From the NCBI GenBank assembly GCA_000405805.1, contig ASPJ01000001.1, positions 36,591-100,590 on the forward strand: a stretch of DNA of 64,000 nt, in the 5' to 3' direction. Made by a program: the position numbers and the translations under genes. This stretch comes from Fidelibacterota bacterium SCGC AAA003-L08 (lineage in GTDB: Bacteria > Fidelibacterota > Marinisomatia > SCGC-AAA003-L08 > D37C17). The notes below the pieces were generated by a model. The model saw only the letters and a list, made by a program, of their open reading frames with translations. It had not been told where the DNA came from and did not search any database. This document shows, piece after piece, positions 37,749 through 47,469 of this stretch (position 1 is its first letter; each line of letters begins with the position of its first letter).

Positions 37749-39320
37749 ATGAAAAAATTAATTCAAACAACAAAATATTTTATTACTACATGTATGATAT
37801 TCTCATTTGCTCAAGCGCAGTGGTCTTCTGACCCTGCATCTCCACAGTTATTAGGCAGTGGTGTTCAGGCACAAGTTAAGGCTACCTCTGATGGAGGTGT
37901 ATATGTTGCATGGCTTACTGACATGGGTGATTATCATGTGTATCTGCAACGATTTGACGCAATGGGAGTAGCACAATTCGATGATGGCGGCATGTTAGTG
38001 AGTGATAACTCGAATGCATCATGGATTGCTGTTTTTCATATGAATCTTGATGTAGATAGTGATGATAATGCAATTATTACCGTTTTAGATGAGAGGTCAG
38101 GACCATGGAATGTATATGCTTATAAGATTTCATCAAGCGGTTCTATGCTATGGGGAGATGATGGAATATCAGTTTCGAATTCCAATCAGACGAATTATTC
38201 TCCTCGATTAGCAATCTTACCAGATAATAGTGCTGTGGTTGCATGGTCTCCTAATTCAACTACTGTTGAAATTCAAAGGATTTCTGCTGGTGGTGAATTG
38301 ATGTGGGGCGGTGGCATTCTTATTCAAGATAATAATGAATCTCTGATGTCCCCTCAACCAATTGTTGATTCAAATGGTAATGTACTGGTTCAATGGATTG
38401 GACAATCAGGACCATTCTGGGCTGCTGATAGTAAATTATATTTGCAGAAGTATGATCTTGATGGAAATGCTCAGTGGAACAACCCAGCGTTGGCAGGTGG
38501 ACCAGTTGTATTCCCTATGGGAAACTGGTCACAAGGATTAATTAGAGATGATAATGGTGGCAGTTTTTCTTCATGGACAAAAATGTCAGGGAATGTACAA
38601 TCTTCTTTTACTCAACATATCAATACTGATGGAGAGTTATCTTGGACTAATGGAGTTGAATTTTCTAGTAATTCCAGTAGTTTTCGGATGTCACCTCGTT
38701 TAGCTGTTTCTGAAGATTCTCAGGAATTGATGGCGGTATGGAATCAATCAAATAGTAGTCAATCTCAGGGTGGTGTATATGCGCAGCGCTTAGATGAAAA
38801 TGGTGATCGTCTTTGGAGTTCTTCTGGCATGGCAGTAGTTCCTTTGAACAGTAATTATGATTATTTAGATCTCTCCGTTGCAGGATTTGGAGATGATATA
38901 ATTACGGCTTATATTCAACAAAGTGTAAACATGTCTGGTGATATTTATGCTTCTTATCTTAATTCAGATGGTGAGCATGCTTGGTCAGAGCCGGTAACTT
39001 TGACAACCTCTGGAAATGCAAAATCAGACATGTCTACTGGTAAGGGACAAGAATGTCTTTTTATTGCTTGGACTGAAAATGGCAATGTTTATGCACACTC
39101 TCTAAGAGTTGATGGCACACTAGGAGCAGCAGATTCTTTTATTCCGGGGGATGTTAATGGCGATGAACTAATAAATGTAATAGATATAGTTGCACTGGTT
39201 TCTTTTATTCTTCAAACAGATATTCCTTCAGACTCCGAATATCTTGCCGGAGATTTTAATGGAGATGGTAATTTAAATGTTTTGGATATCGTTGATATTA
39301 TTGCGTTAATCTTAAGCTAA
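37749..39320 (+). CDS. secreted repeat (beta-propeller-like) protein of unknown function with C-terminal dockerin-like module
   Basis: 523 aa with signal peptide ...CMIFSFAQA. A periodic ~55-60 aa unit ends in G-x-x-x-W (GSMLWGDDGISV, GELMWGGGILI, GNAQWNNPALAG, GELSWTNGVEF, GDRLWSSSGMAV, GEHAWSEPVTL). Confidence 0.6.
   Translation: MKKLIQTTKYFITTCMIFSFAQAQWSSDPASPQLLGSGVQAQVKATSDGGVYVAWLTDMGDYHVYLQRFDAMGVAQFDDGGMLVSDNSNASWIAVFHMNLDVDSDDNAIITVLDERSGPWNVYAYKISSSGSMLWGDDGISVSNSNQTNYSPRLAILPDNSAVVAWSPNSTTVEIQRISAGGELMWGGGILIQDNNESLMSPQPIVDSNGNVLVQWIGQSGPFWAADSKLYLQKYDLDGNAQWNNPALAGGPVVFPMGNWSQGLIRDDNGGSFSSWTKMSGNVQSSFTQHINTDGELSWTNGVEFSSNSSSFRMSPRLAVSEDSQELMAVWNQSNSSQSQGGVYAQRLDENGDRLWSSSGMAVVPLNSNYDYLDLSVAGFGDDIITAYIQQSVNMSGDIYASYLNSDGEHAWSEPVTLTTSGNAKSDMSTGKGQECLFIAWTENGNVYAHSLRVDGTLGAADSFIPGDVNGDELINVIDIVALVSFILQTDIPSDSEYLAGDFNGDGNLNVLDIVDIIALILS
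39147..39317 (+). repeat. dockerin-like module (3 of 7)
   Basis: The two segments are GDVNGDELINVIDIVALVSFIL and GDFNGDGNLNVLDIVDIIALIL. Confidence 0.75.
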
Positions 39321-39350
39321 CAGGCTATATCTAATTAAATAAAAATTTAT

Positions 39351-41606
39351 ATGTCAAAAATTTATATCAGTTTATTTTTAATAACTAGCTTGCTGTTTTC
39401 AGTAGAACTAGTTGTAGAGCCTTATCTCCAAAATGCCACCCCAAATTCAATGCATGTATTATGGGAAACTGATTCAAATTCACAGAGTGTTGTTGAATGG
39501 GGATTATATGTTTTTTTATCAGAGTCTACTACAGGCTCATCATTTAGTAATTATGGAAGTTCACGTATCCATACGGTGGAACTTACAGATTTAGAACCGA
39601 ATACGCAATACTACTATAGGGTTGTGGTTGGGAATTATGAAAGTTACTCAGATTTATATAGTTTTATTACCCCACCGGACCCTTCATCAGAAGCAGATTT
39701 TCGTATAGTAGCGATGAGTGACATGCAAAGAGATAGTTCAAACCCAAATAAATTCAATGAGGTAATTCATGATGGAGTGATTGATTACATTTCTGAAGAG
39801 TATAGCGATAATTTAGAAGCAGAACTTGCCATGGTACTGGTTACCGGAGATCTTGTTGTTACTGGAACATCTTACTATCAGTGGCAGGATCATTTTTTTG
39901 GTCCATCAGAAGATTTATTTTCTCATGTCCCATTATATCCAGTATTTGGAAATCATGAGCAAAATACTGATTATTTTACAAACTACTTTCATCTTCCAGA
40001 TAATGGAACTCCAGGGTATGAAGAACATTGGTATTATACTGATTATTCTAATTTACGAGTGATTGGTCTTGATTCTAATGGGGGGTATCAGGTTCAGGTT
40101 CAGCTTGATTGGCTTGAAGAAGTTCTATCAGATGCATGTTCTAACGATTACATTGATTTTGTTTTTGCACATCTCCATCACCCTTATAAATCAGAGTTAT
40201 GGACTCCTGGTGAGAGCAACTATACGGGAGATGTAATTGAACGTATGGAAAATTTTACAGATCAATGTGGGAAACCAAGTATTCATTTCTTTGGGCACAC
40301 ACATGGTTATTCTAGGGGACAATCTAAAGATCATGATCATCTATGGGTGAATGTTGCCACTGCTGGAGGTGCAATTGATTACTGGGGAGAATGGCCTCAG
40401 GTAGATTATGATGAATTCACGGTTACCCAAGATGAATGGGGTTTTGTTCTGGTAGATGTTCAAGCTGGAGATAATCCAAAATTTACGCTTCAAAGAATCA
40501 GTCGAGGGAATGAATATCAATTCAGAGATAATGAATTGCGTGACGAAGTAATTATTCGTTTAAATAATTCTATTCCAGATCAACCAACAGGACTATTCCC
40601 AGAAGGACAAGAAGATCCCGATTTTCTTATACTAAGCGCAAGTGATTTCTCAGATGAAGATGGTGATCAGCCAATGGCAGCAGAATGGTCTATCTATGAT
40701 GAAGACTGCAATTTATTTTCAGAACCAGTTATAAATGAATTCATTAATATGAATAATTGGTATTATTATGAAAATACACAAGAATCTATGGAGCTTACAG
40801 AATTATCAATTACAGCAGGATTAAGCGCAAACAGTTCTTACTGCTGGGCTGTTAGATATAGAGATACCAGTCTTGGATGGAGTGAATGGTCTGATCCTCT
40901 TTCATTTACAACTGGAGAATCACAGTATTCTGAAAACCTGCTGTTTAATCCAGGGGCTGAATCAGGGGTAGAAGACTGGATTACTACGGAGGGATATATG
41001 GAATCTCTTGGAGAGTATGTATGTGATGGAATCCAGCCACATAGTGGTGATTATTATTTTATAGTAGGAGCATTATGTAATACAGCTACCTATGCAGAAG
41101 CATATCAAGAAATTAATATATCTGAATATGAAGATTGCATCAATGATGAGCTAGCCTATGTAAACTATGGGGGCTATCTATCTGACTGGGGAGGAAGTGA
41201 TCATCCAGAACTAACGGTTGCTTTTATTGATGAAAATGGAGATGAAATTGATAGACCTGAAACTATGGGTACATATAATTCATTTTGGACATTATTTTCA
41301 AATGATTATCTAATTCCTGTAGGTACACATTCAGTTCAAATGATTTTAATGGGAACTCGATATGCTGGAGATGATAATGATAGTTATTTTGATGATTTAT
41401 TTTTACGAATTTTTCAAGATCAAGACTGTTTAGGTACTTTAGGAGACCTAAACCAGGATGATACAATTAATGTTTTAGATGTCATATTATTAGCTAATTT
41501 AATTTTAGATGGAGTTAATAATTCTAATTTGGGAGATATGAACAATGATAATCAAATTAATATTTTAGATGTGATTATTCTTGTAAATATTATTTTAAAT
41601 CCTTAA
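39351..41606 (+). CDS. secreted purple-acid-phosphatase-like metallophosphoesterase with extra C-terminal domains and dockerin-like module
   Basis: 751 aa with a signal peptide. It has an N-terminal PAP/FN3-like domain (EPYLQNATPNSMHVLWETD...LEPNTQYYYRV). The metallophosphoesterase motifs are RIVAMSDMQ, VTGDLV, FGNHE, AHLHHP and GHTHGY. Confidence 0.75.
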   Translation: MSKIYISLFLITSLLFSVELVVEPYLQNATPNSMHVLWETDSNSQSVVEWGLYVFLSESTTGSSFSNYGSSRIHTVELTDLEPNTQYYYRVVVGNYESYSDLYSFITPPDPSSEADFRIVAMSDMQRDSSNPNKFNEVIHDGVIDYISEEYSDNLEAELAMVLVTGDLVVTGTSYYQWQDHFFGPSEDLFSHVPLYPVFGNHEQNTDYFTNYFHLPDNGTPGYEEHWYYTDYSNLRVIGLDSNGGYQVQVQLDWLEEVLSDACSNDYIDFVFAHLHHPYKSELWTPGESNYTGDVIERMENFTDQCGKPSIHFFGHTHGYSRGQSKDHDHLWVNVATAGGAIDYWGEWPQVDYDEFTVTQDEWGFVLVDVQAGDNPKFTLQRISRGNEYQFRDNELRDEVIIRLNNSIPDQPTGLFPEGQEDPDFLILSASDFSDEDGDQPMAAEWSIYDEDCNLFSEPVINEFINMNNWYYYENTQESMELTELSITAGLSANSSYCWAVRYRDTSLGWSEWSDPLSFTTGESQYSENLLFNPGAESGVEDWITTEGYMESLGEYVCDGIQPHSGDYYFIVGALCNTATYAEAYQEINISEYEDCINDELAYVNYGGYLSDWGGSDHPELTVAFIDENGDEIDRPETMGTYNSFWTLFSNDYLIPVGTHSVQMILMGTRYAGDDNDSYFDDLFLRIFQDQDCLGTLGDLNQDDTINVLDVILLANLILDGVNNSNLGDMNNDNQINILDVIILVNIILNP
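41442..41603 (+). repeat. dockerin-like module (4 of 7)
   Basis: The two segments are GDLNQDDTINVLDVILLANLIL and GDMNNDNQINILDVIILVNIIL. Confidence 0.75.
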
Positions 41607-41615
41607 AAATATATT

Positions 41616-42743
41616 ATGAATCAAGTAGTAGAAAAAAAGCAGGCTTTAGATACAAAAAAAGATCAATCAGAAATTCTATTATTGGTAAGTACCAGTAAAG
41701 GTGGATTCATATATTATTCAAATCCTGAAAGATTAGTGTGGGAAATTAACGGACCACATTTATTAGGGTCAATCATTCATCATATGATTTTGGATTATCG
41801 AACAAATAAAACAATTTTAATGGCAGCAAAGACCAGAGAACATGGTGTTACAATATTTAGAACAACAAATTTTGGAAAAACATGGATACCAGCAATACAA
41901 CCTCCCCAGAACAAGGACATAGATTTAGCTCATATTTTTAGAATTACTCCTGGACATGATTCAGAGCCGGGCGTTTGGTATGCAGGGACGTCTCCTCAAG
42001 GGCTATATAGAAGTGCCGATGATGGGGCAACTTGGAATAGCATAAAAGGGTTTGATAATAATTCAGTTATCCAGAGTGTAATTAAAAATCAATCTAAAGA
42101 GTTATTAAAATATCAGAAATTACATTCAATTTTAATTAATCCAGATAATAAAGAACATATTATTATTGGTATGGCCCATGGGGGAGTATTTGAAAGCAAG
42201 GACTATGGTGAAACTTGGAGCTCATTAAATCATAATTTATCTAATAATGATAGACAAAATTCTTATTGTTTATTAAGCCATCCATTAGATTGCAACTTAT
42301 TATTTCAACAAAATCAAGCAGGCATATATAAGATTAATTTAGGAGATAAAAAATGGGAGCATATTGGTAAAACACTTGATATAGGTGATGTTGGATTTTC
42401 ATTATGCTTAGATCCTAATGACATGAATAAAATCTGGGCATTCCCTATGGAGGGGACGGATATATGGTCTCGGGTATGTTCTAATGGTCAGCCAGCTGTA
42501 TATTGTAGCCAAAATAGCGGAAAATCATGGTATAGACAGGACATTGGGTTCCCAATATGGAATGCATGGTTTACAGTTTTAAGCAGATGCATGGTTGTAG
42601 ATAATTTGAAAAATGCGGGTCTATATTTAGGGACTACTAGCGGTTCTGTTTGGCTTAGTAATAATGGCGGAAATAGCTGGAGACAAATATTAGCTCATCT
42701 TCCTAAAATATATTCATTAGAAATTGGATATGTTAATCATTAA
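41616..42743 (+). CDS. BNR/Asp-box repeat beta-propeller protein (no signal peptide)
   Basis: 375 aa with five S-x-D-x-G-x-T/S-W-type boxes: TTNFGKTW, SADDGATW, SKDYGETW, SQNSGKSW and SNNGGNSW. Confidence 0.65.
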   Translation: MNQVVEKKQALDTKKDQSEILLLVSTSKGGFIYYSNPERLVWEINGPHLLGSIIHHMILDYRTNKTILMAAKTREHGVTIFRTTNFGKTWIPAIQPPQNKDIDLAHIFRITPGHDSEPGVWYAGTSPQGLYRSADDGATWNSIKGFDNNSVIQSVIKNQSKELLKYQKLHSILINPDNKEHIIIGMAHGGVFESKDYGETWSSLNHNLSNNDRQNSYCLLSHPLDCNLLFQQNQAGIYKINLGDKKWEHIGKTLDIGDVGFSLCLDPNDMNKIWAFPMEGTDIWSRVCSNGQPAVYCSQNSGKSWYRQDIGFPIWNAWFTVLSRCMVVDNLKNAGLYLGTTSGSVWLSNNGGNSWRQILAHLPKIYSLEIGYVNH

Positions 42744-42772
42744 TTTTCAATAGATAGAAGGACTCATATATA

Positions 42773-43273
42773 ATGAATAATAATTTCATCAAAAAAGCAA
42801 AATCTATTAAAGTAGTTGCTACTGATATTGATGGAGTATGGACTGATTCGGGGATGTATTATACTGCTTCTGGAGAAAAAATGAAGTGTTTTTCAACATA
42901 TGATGGGATGGGAGTACAATTACTAAGAGAGTTAGGGATACCTACTATTATCCTTACTAGTGAAAATTCAGAAATTGTTTTACGCCGAGCGGAGAAACTT
43001 CAGATCAAAAATGTATACATTAATGAAAAAGAAAAACTCAGAAGAATGATTGAAGTTTGCAGAGAATTAGATGTATCAATGAATGAGGTTGCATATATAG
43101 GTGACGATATCAACGATTTATCATTATTAGAGAAAGTTGGCTTATCTGCGATGCCTCCAAACAGTCCTGCTCGACATTTGTTTTCTCCTGATTATCTAAC
43201 AGAAAAATCTGGGGGACATGGTGCTTTCAGGGAATTTATTGATCAGATAATCGAGGTAAAAAATACTAATTAA
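42773..43273 (+). CDS. kdsC: KdsC-family HAD phosphatase (3-deoxy-D-manno-octulosonate 8-phosphate phosphatase-like)
   Basis: 166 aa. Motifs: VVATDIDGVWTDSGMYY, FSTYDGMGVQLL, IILTSENS, and AYIGDDINDL. Confidence 0.7.
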   Translation: MNNNFIKKAKSIKVVATDIDGVWTDSGMYYTASGEKMKCFSTYDGMGVQLLRELGIPTIILTSENSEIVLRRAEKLQIKNVYINEKEKLRRMIEVCRELDVSMNEVAYIGDDINDLSLLEKVGLSAMPPNSPARHLFSPDYLTEKSGGHGAFREFIDQIIEVKNTN

Positions 43274-44147
43274 AAATATCTATTTCTTTTGGAAGAATAT
43301 TTATTGAGCAAGGTGTTGTTCCAATGATTTCACCATCAACAATAAGCTCTGTATTGATTTTTGGTTTAATAGTCAGTTGATTAGCCTGATGATAGTTTAC
43401 TACAGGATCATCAATATGTTTTCCAGAAAATATTTTTGGAAATAGTTTGAATAATTTCAATCGAGTAGTTTTTTTAACTGTAATTACATCAATCAGTCCA
43501 TCATCTATTTGAGCTTTGGGAGCAATTTTCATCCCCTTACCAGTATGGATGGTATTACAACATAATATAAATGAGTAATCATCTGATATATCCCTGTCAT
43601 CAATAATTAAATCACTATGTCGTTCTTTAAATCGAATAATTTCAATAAGGGAAGCAATATTGTAGCGTTGAGGACCGAGCCATCTCATTTTTTCAGCTAG
43701 TATATTTATGTCTGGTGGCATACCCCAGCCAGTTACATTGTAGGAGTAGATTTTTTTATCATGAGTAATAATTTCCATTAAATCAATTTTACGAGTTTTG
43801 AATGCACTTATTTTTTCAGCTGCATCTAGAGGATTTAAACAATTCATATCATGCATAAATGAATTTCCAGTACCAGCAGGGATTAATCCAATAGGCAATT
43901 GCTCATTATCAGCACGATTCATCATTCCATTTATCACCTCATGCATAGTTCCATCACCACCGATGACACATATCCCTAAAAATTCATCTATATCAATTGA
44001 ATTAGTGATTTCATAAGGGTGATTTTGGTGAGTAGTTTGAATGATATGATGATTAATATGTTTAAAGATATTTAAAATATTATTATAGATTTTTTTACCC
44101 TGTTTTTTACCACTATAAGGGTTGGTAATAATAAGTAAGGGTTTCAT
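43266..44147 (-). CDS. diacylglycerol-kinase-fold lipid kinase (YegS/BmrU family)
   Basis: 293 aa. Motifs: LIITNPYSGKKQG, VIGGDGTMHEVINGM, and IPAGTGNSF. It overlaps the kdsC 3' end by 8 nt (convergent). Confidence 0.75.
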   Translation of the reverse strand: MKPLLIITNPYSGKKQGKKIYNNILNIFKHINHHIIQTTHQNHPYEITNSIDIDEFLGICVIGGDGTMHEVINGMMNRADNEQLPIGLIPAGTGNSFMHDMNCLNPLDAAEKISAFKTRKIDLMEIITHDKKIYSYNVTGWGMPPDINILAEKMRWLGPQRYNIASLIEIIRFKERHSDLIIDDRDISDDYSFILCCNTIHTGKGMKIAPKAQIDDGLIDVITVKKTTRLKLFKLFPKIFSGKHIDDPVVNYHQANQLTIKPKINTELIVDGEIIGTTPCSINILPKEIDIFN

Positions 44148-44157
44148 GAATTAATAT

Positions 44158-44865
44158 TTATGGAATAATTTTCTTTAATTTAAGAATCATATTCCCAATA
44201 TTAGTTTTTAGTTCAATCTTGACAGGGATTCTTTTTTCATCATCTGAAAACCAAGCAGTCATGTATCCATTCTCTTTGAATATATCTTCACCATTATTAG
44301 AATAGGGGACGACTTTAATACAGTTATATTTTCCAGCAGGGACTTTTATTTTTTCTTTCCCTTTGACCTCAGTTATTAAAGATGTTATTTCATCAATACC
44401 TAGAATATGATAGTCGTACTTTTTTCCTTTTGTCAAATCTTTATTTCGGAGATTATATATAATCGATATTGGATCAAACAATAGTTTGTCATTTTCTATA
44501 ATTTTATCTTTTGTAATAATGTTAAAGTTAGAATCAATTACTGCAGAATAACTTCTTTTCCAGTTTCCTTCATGAACTTTTTTCTCTATTCCCTTCAAAG
44601 AAAAGTCATCAGGATTAACAGTAAGTTTTATTTGATCACGAACTTTATATAGTTTGTCTAGGAATTTGCTAGACGCAACCAAAGTATTAATAGTCAATTC
44701 ATTATCACTATTTATTTCGGACGATATTGTAGCTTTCCCAACATTAATAAATCTAAATCCTAGAGTATAGATGAACTCCTCAGAAAACAAACAAGAGATG
44801 AGTAATATAATAATAAGCTTATTCACACGACGGAGCAACCCAACCTCCTTTATTATATTCTTCAT
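44158..44865 (-). CDS. DUF3108-like secreted beta-barrel protein
   Basis: 235 aa with an N-terminal hydrophobic segment. The pattern ...VPAGKYNCIKVVPY...GYMTAWFSDDEKRIPVKIELKTNIGNMILKL matches my recollection of DUF3108. It lies downstream of waaA. Confidence 0.5.
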   Translation of the reverse strand: MKNIIKEVGLLRRVNKLIIILLISCLFSEEFIYTLGFRFINVGKATISSEINSDNELTINTLVASSKFLDKLYKVRDQIKLTVNPDDFSLKGIEKKVHEGNWKRSYSAVIDSNFNIITKDKIIENDKLLFDPISIIYNLRNKDLTKGKKYDYHILGIDEITSLITEVKGKEKIKVPAGKYNCIKVVPYSNNGEDIFKENGYMTAWFSDDEKRIPVKIELKTNIGNMILKLKKIIP

Positions 44866-44868
44866 TGT

Positions 44869-46122
44869 TTATCCTTTATCTAGTATTTTTATTATTTTTG
44901 TACTAGCATTCAATTTATTTTTTATATATTGGAAACCATAGGTTTGCATTTTTAAAAGATTTTCTTCATCTGCAGTTAATTTAAATACATTTAATAATTC
45001 TTCTGAATTATTTATTTGATGACCTATTTTAAGTTCTGTTATTTCTACTGCTTCATCTAGAATATTTATTTTAGGGCCATAACAAACAATACACTTTTGA
45101 GCTAGTGGTTCAATTACAGAATGAACACCAGTTGAAAACCCAGATCCAACATATGCAATATCAGCATATCTATAAAGATCCGGGAGGATGCCAATAGAAT
45201 TGATTATAATACAATCATAATCCTGAATTTGTTTATTATCAGACTCAGATAGATAAATATAGGTCATATTAATTGCGTTTAACATAGATTCTATTTCTGC
45301 AAGGCTATTTGCATTAACCTCATGAGGAACAATGATATATTTTGCGTTTTTTTTAAAATTATATATAGCATTTTTAACAATAGGTAAATCAGCAGTATCT
45401 ATGCTTCCTAAAATTATATATTGAGATCCATTATTAAGTTTTTCCAGCGAGGAATCATTAGGTTGGTTTTTTGTCCGATAAAATATTTGATCAAATCTAG
45501 AATCTCCGGTAACTATTATTTTATTATTTGAAATTATTTTTGACAATGTTTCTTTTAGTTGACTTGAAGCAGTCAAAATTTTATCAAATTTATTGAATAT
45601 AAATTTATTAAACGATTTAGCGAGGGGATATAGACGTTTTGATTCATTGTATAAATTTGCATTAATTAGGTAACATTTAATATTTAATAATTTTGCGACA
45701 ACTAAATGATGAGGCCATATATCATGCCTTGTAGTCAAATATATTTTTGGTTTAAATGAATTTAAAAATAAAAATGCTGACCATGGAAAATCTAAAGGAT
45801 GATAACAGGATACGTCAAACAGATTATTATCATATTCATATTCATAAATAGTGGGAGACTGGAATGTTTGAACAATAAAATATTTATTTCTATCCATTTC
45901 TCTAAGGATTGGTTTCAATTGCTCAAATTCACCAGCGGAAGCAGCATGCATAATAATAATATCTTTACCAGAAGAGTGTTTATCCAGATATTTCTTAGCC
46001 TTACTTCTGGTAACAAATCCATTAATTAAATTTTTGCGTATTTTCTGATTAATTAATGATAATAGTAATACCAATATAATTACTACAGGCAATAATAGTA
46101 GATATACTATATATAAAATCAT
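44869..46122 (-). CDS. waaA: 3-deoxy-D-manno-octulosonic acid (Kdo) transferase
   Basis: 417 aa with an N-terminal TM. IIIMHAASAGEFEQLKPIL corresponds to the WxHxxSxGE signature. The rest has a GT-B-like C-terminal half (GGSF-type region YVGSGFSTGVHSVIEP). Confidence 0.8.
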   Translation of the reverse strand: MILYIVYLLLLPVVIILVLLLSLINQKIRKNLINGFVTRSKAKKYLDKHSSGKDIIIMHAASAGEFEQLKPILREMDRNKYFIVQTFQSPTIYEYEYDNNLFDVSCYHPLDFPWSAFLFLNSFKPKIYLTTRHDIWPHHLVVAKLLNIKCYLINANLYNESKRLYPLAKSFNKFIFNKFDKILTASSQLKETLSKIISNNKIIVTGDSRFDQIFYRTKNQPNDSSLEKLNNGSQYIILGSIDTADLPIVKNAIYNFKKNAKYIIVPHEVNANSLAEIESMLNAINMTYIYLSESDNKQIQDYDCIIINSIGILPDLYRYADIAYVGSGFSTGVHSVIEPLAQKCIVCYGPKINILDEAVEITELKIGHQINNSEELLNVFKLTADEENLLKMQTYGFQYIKNKLNASTKIIKILDKG

Positions 46123-46128
46123 ATGTTT

Positions 46129-47469
46129 TTATTTTGCTAAGGACCCCATTGGATCCCAAGGTGGTAATGTCTGTGGTTCACTATCAAATATTGCGAGTAT
46201 ATCTTTCGGCAAATATTTTTTATCTACAACAACTTCATAATTATATTGATCAAACCATTTATCAGTCATTAGATAATAGCCTTTGTCACCACCTTTATCG
46301 CCCCAGCTATTTTCAACGCGCCATTTTTTAGGTTTATCTTTTATAATATCTACACCTGTAAACAACATTGCATGAGTCATTACACTCTCACCATATTCTA
46401 GGCGTGTTGCTTTGTTCATGCCAAAGGATATATCAAATAAATTTTCATAATCAAAGATATCTAAATCCATAACACCCTTGGTATAGTTAAGCCATTTTCC
46501 AACATCACACCCAAACCAGACTGCTTCATTTTTGGATAATGATTTGATAGCTGCTTTTTTAAGTTCATTAATTCCAACATTTGCATATTTAATAATATCA
46601 CCATCAACTACATTCCCTAAGTAATTAACTGTATAGAGTTCATTCATTTTTTTATTGGACATTGGACAGTGAATTAAACATACTTTATCTTTTAGTTTTA
46701 ATCCCATATGATTTTCTACGAATGATAATGGAGTAATATTTTCAAATCGTTGAAATTTTTTCTTTTTATTAGTAAAAGCCCAGTCAAATTTTTCAGGTGG
46801 AGTTCCAAGGAACATACATAGCATTGAATATATGGTACACATCATATCAGTTTTATTTTTCCGTAATGTTTCAATTTTAGTTCCAGTTTTATAATCTTTC
46901 CTAAGTATGCTTGCATATTCTCTAAGTTTTCTAGTAAGTAATACATTCATAAATCTAGAATTACTACTTTGATAACTCTCAGGCATTACAGACTGTGGAA
47001 CGGCTCCATATTTTTCAATTAGGTTTGTAAACATATCCCATTGTCCACCATCATTTACAGGTTCACTAAGTAGCCAGCCCATTAGTCGGCTCTCATAGGA
47101 TTCATCTAAAGTTGAAAGGATATTTTCTAAGAAGTAATTTGATTTTTCAAGTTTATCAAAGAACATGAAATAATTTTGAGAAAACTCAAAATTTTTCAAT
47201 TTATGTTTTCTGCAAACAGAAATTCGCATGAGATTTAAGCCCGCAAACCCCCAACATCTTCCACTGGATTTCTGATTAGTAACTTTATTAAGCTGTCCTT
47301 TAATTATGGTAGAAAAATCATGATTAATTCTACTATAAGCATCCCAATTTGTCGCAATATCATTTAAATTACTAATGGTAAGTGCATTTCTAGTGATTCT
47401 AAGTTTATCATTTTTTGAAAAAGTTTTCTTAAATGATTTGATATCTTTTTTAGCAATTGAAGGCTTCAT
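46129..47469 (-). CDS. pepC: aminopeptidase C (bleomycin hydrolase-type C1 cysteine peptidase)
   Basis: 446 aa. The active-site Cys context is NQKSSGRCWGFAGLN, followed by THAMLFTGVD and ENSWG. Confidence 0.88.
   Translation of the reverse strand: MKPSIAKKDIKSFKKTFSKNDKLRITRNALTISNLNDIATNWDAYSRINHDFSTIIKGQLNKVTNQKSSGRCWGFAGLNLMRISVCRKHKLKNFEFSQNYFMFFDKLEKSNYFLENILSTLDESYESRLMGWLLSEPVNDGGQWDMFTNLIEKYGAVPQSVMPESYQSSNSRFMNVLLTRKLREYASILRKDYKTGTKIETLRKNKTDMMCTIYSMLCMFLGTPPEKFDWAFTNKKKKFQRFENITPLSFVENHMGLKLKDKVCLIHCPMSNKKMNELYTVNYLGNVVDGDIIKYANVGINELKKAAIKSLSKNEAVWFGCDVGKWLNYTKGVMDLDIFDYENLFDISFGMNKATRLEYGESVMTHAMLFTGVDIIKDKPKKWRVENSWGDKGGDKGYYLMTDKWFDQYNYEVVVDKKYLPKDILAIFDSEPQTLPPWDPMGSLAK

Noticed and set aside
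41616-42743. BNR-repeat protein as a secreted sialidase linked to the neighbouring KdsC-like phosphatase
   Set aside because: It has no signal peptide, and I could not identify the sialidase catalytic Arg triad or the Tyr/Glu pair by eye. Asp-boxes alone occur in many non-sialidase propellers.
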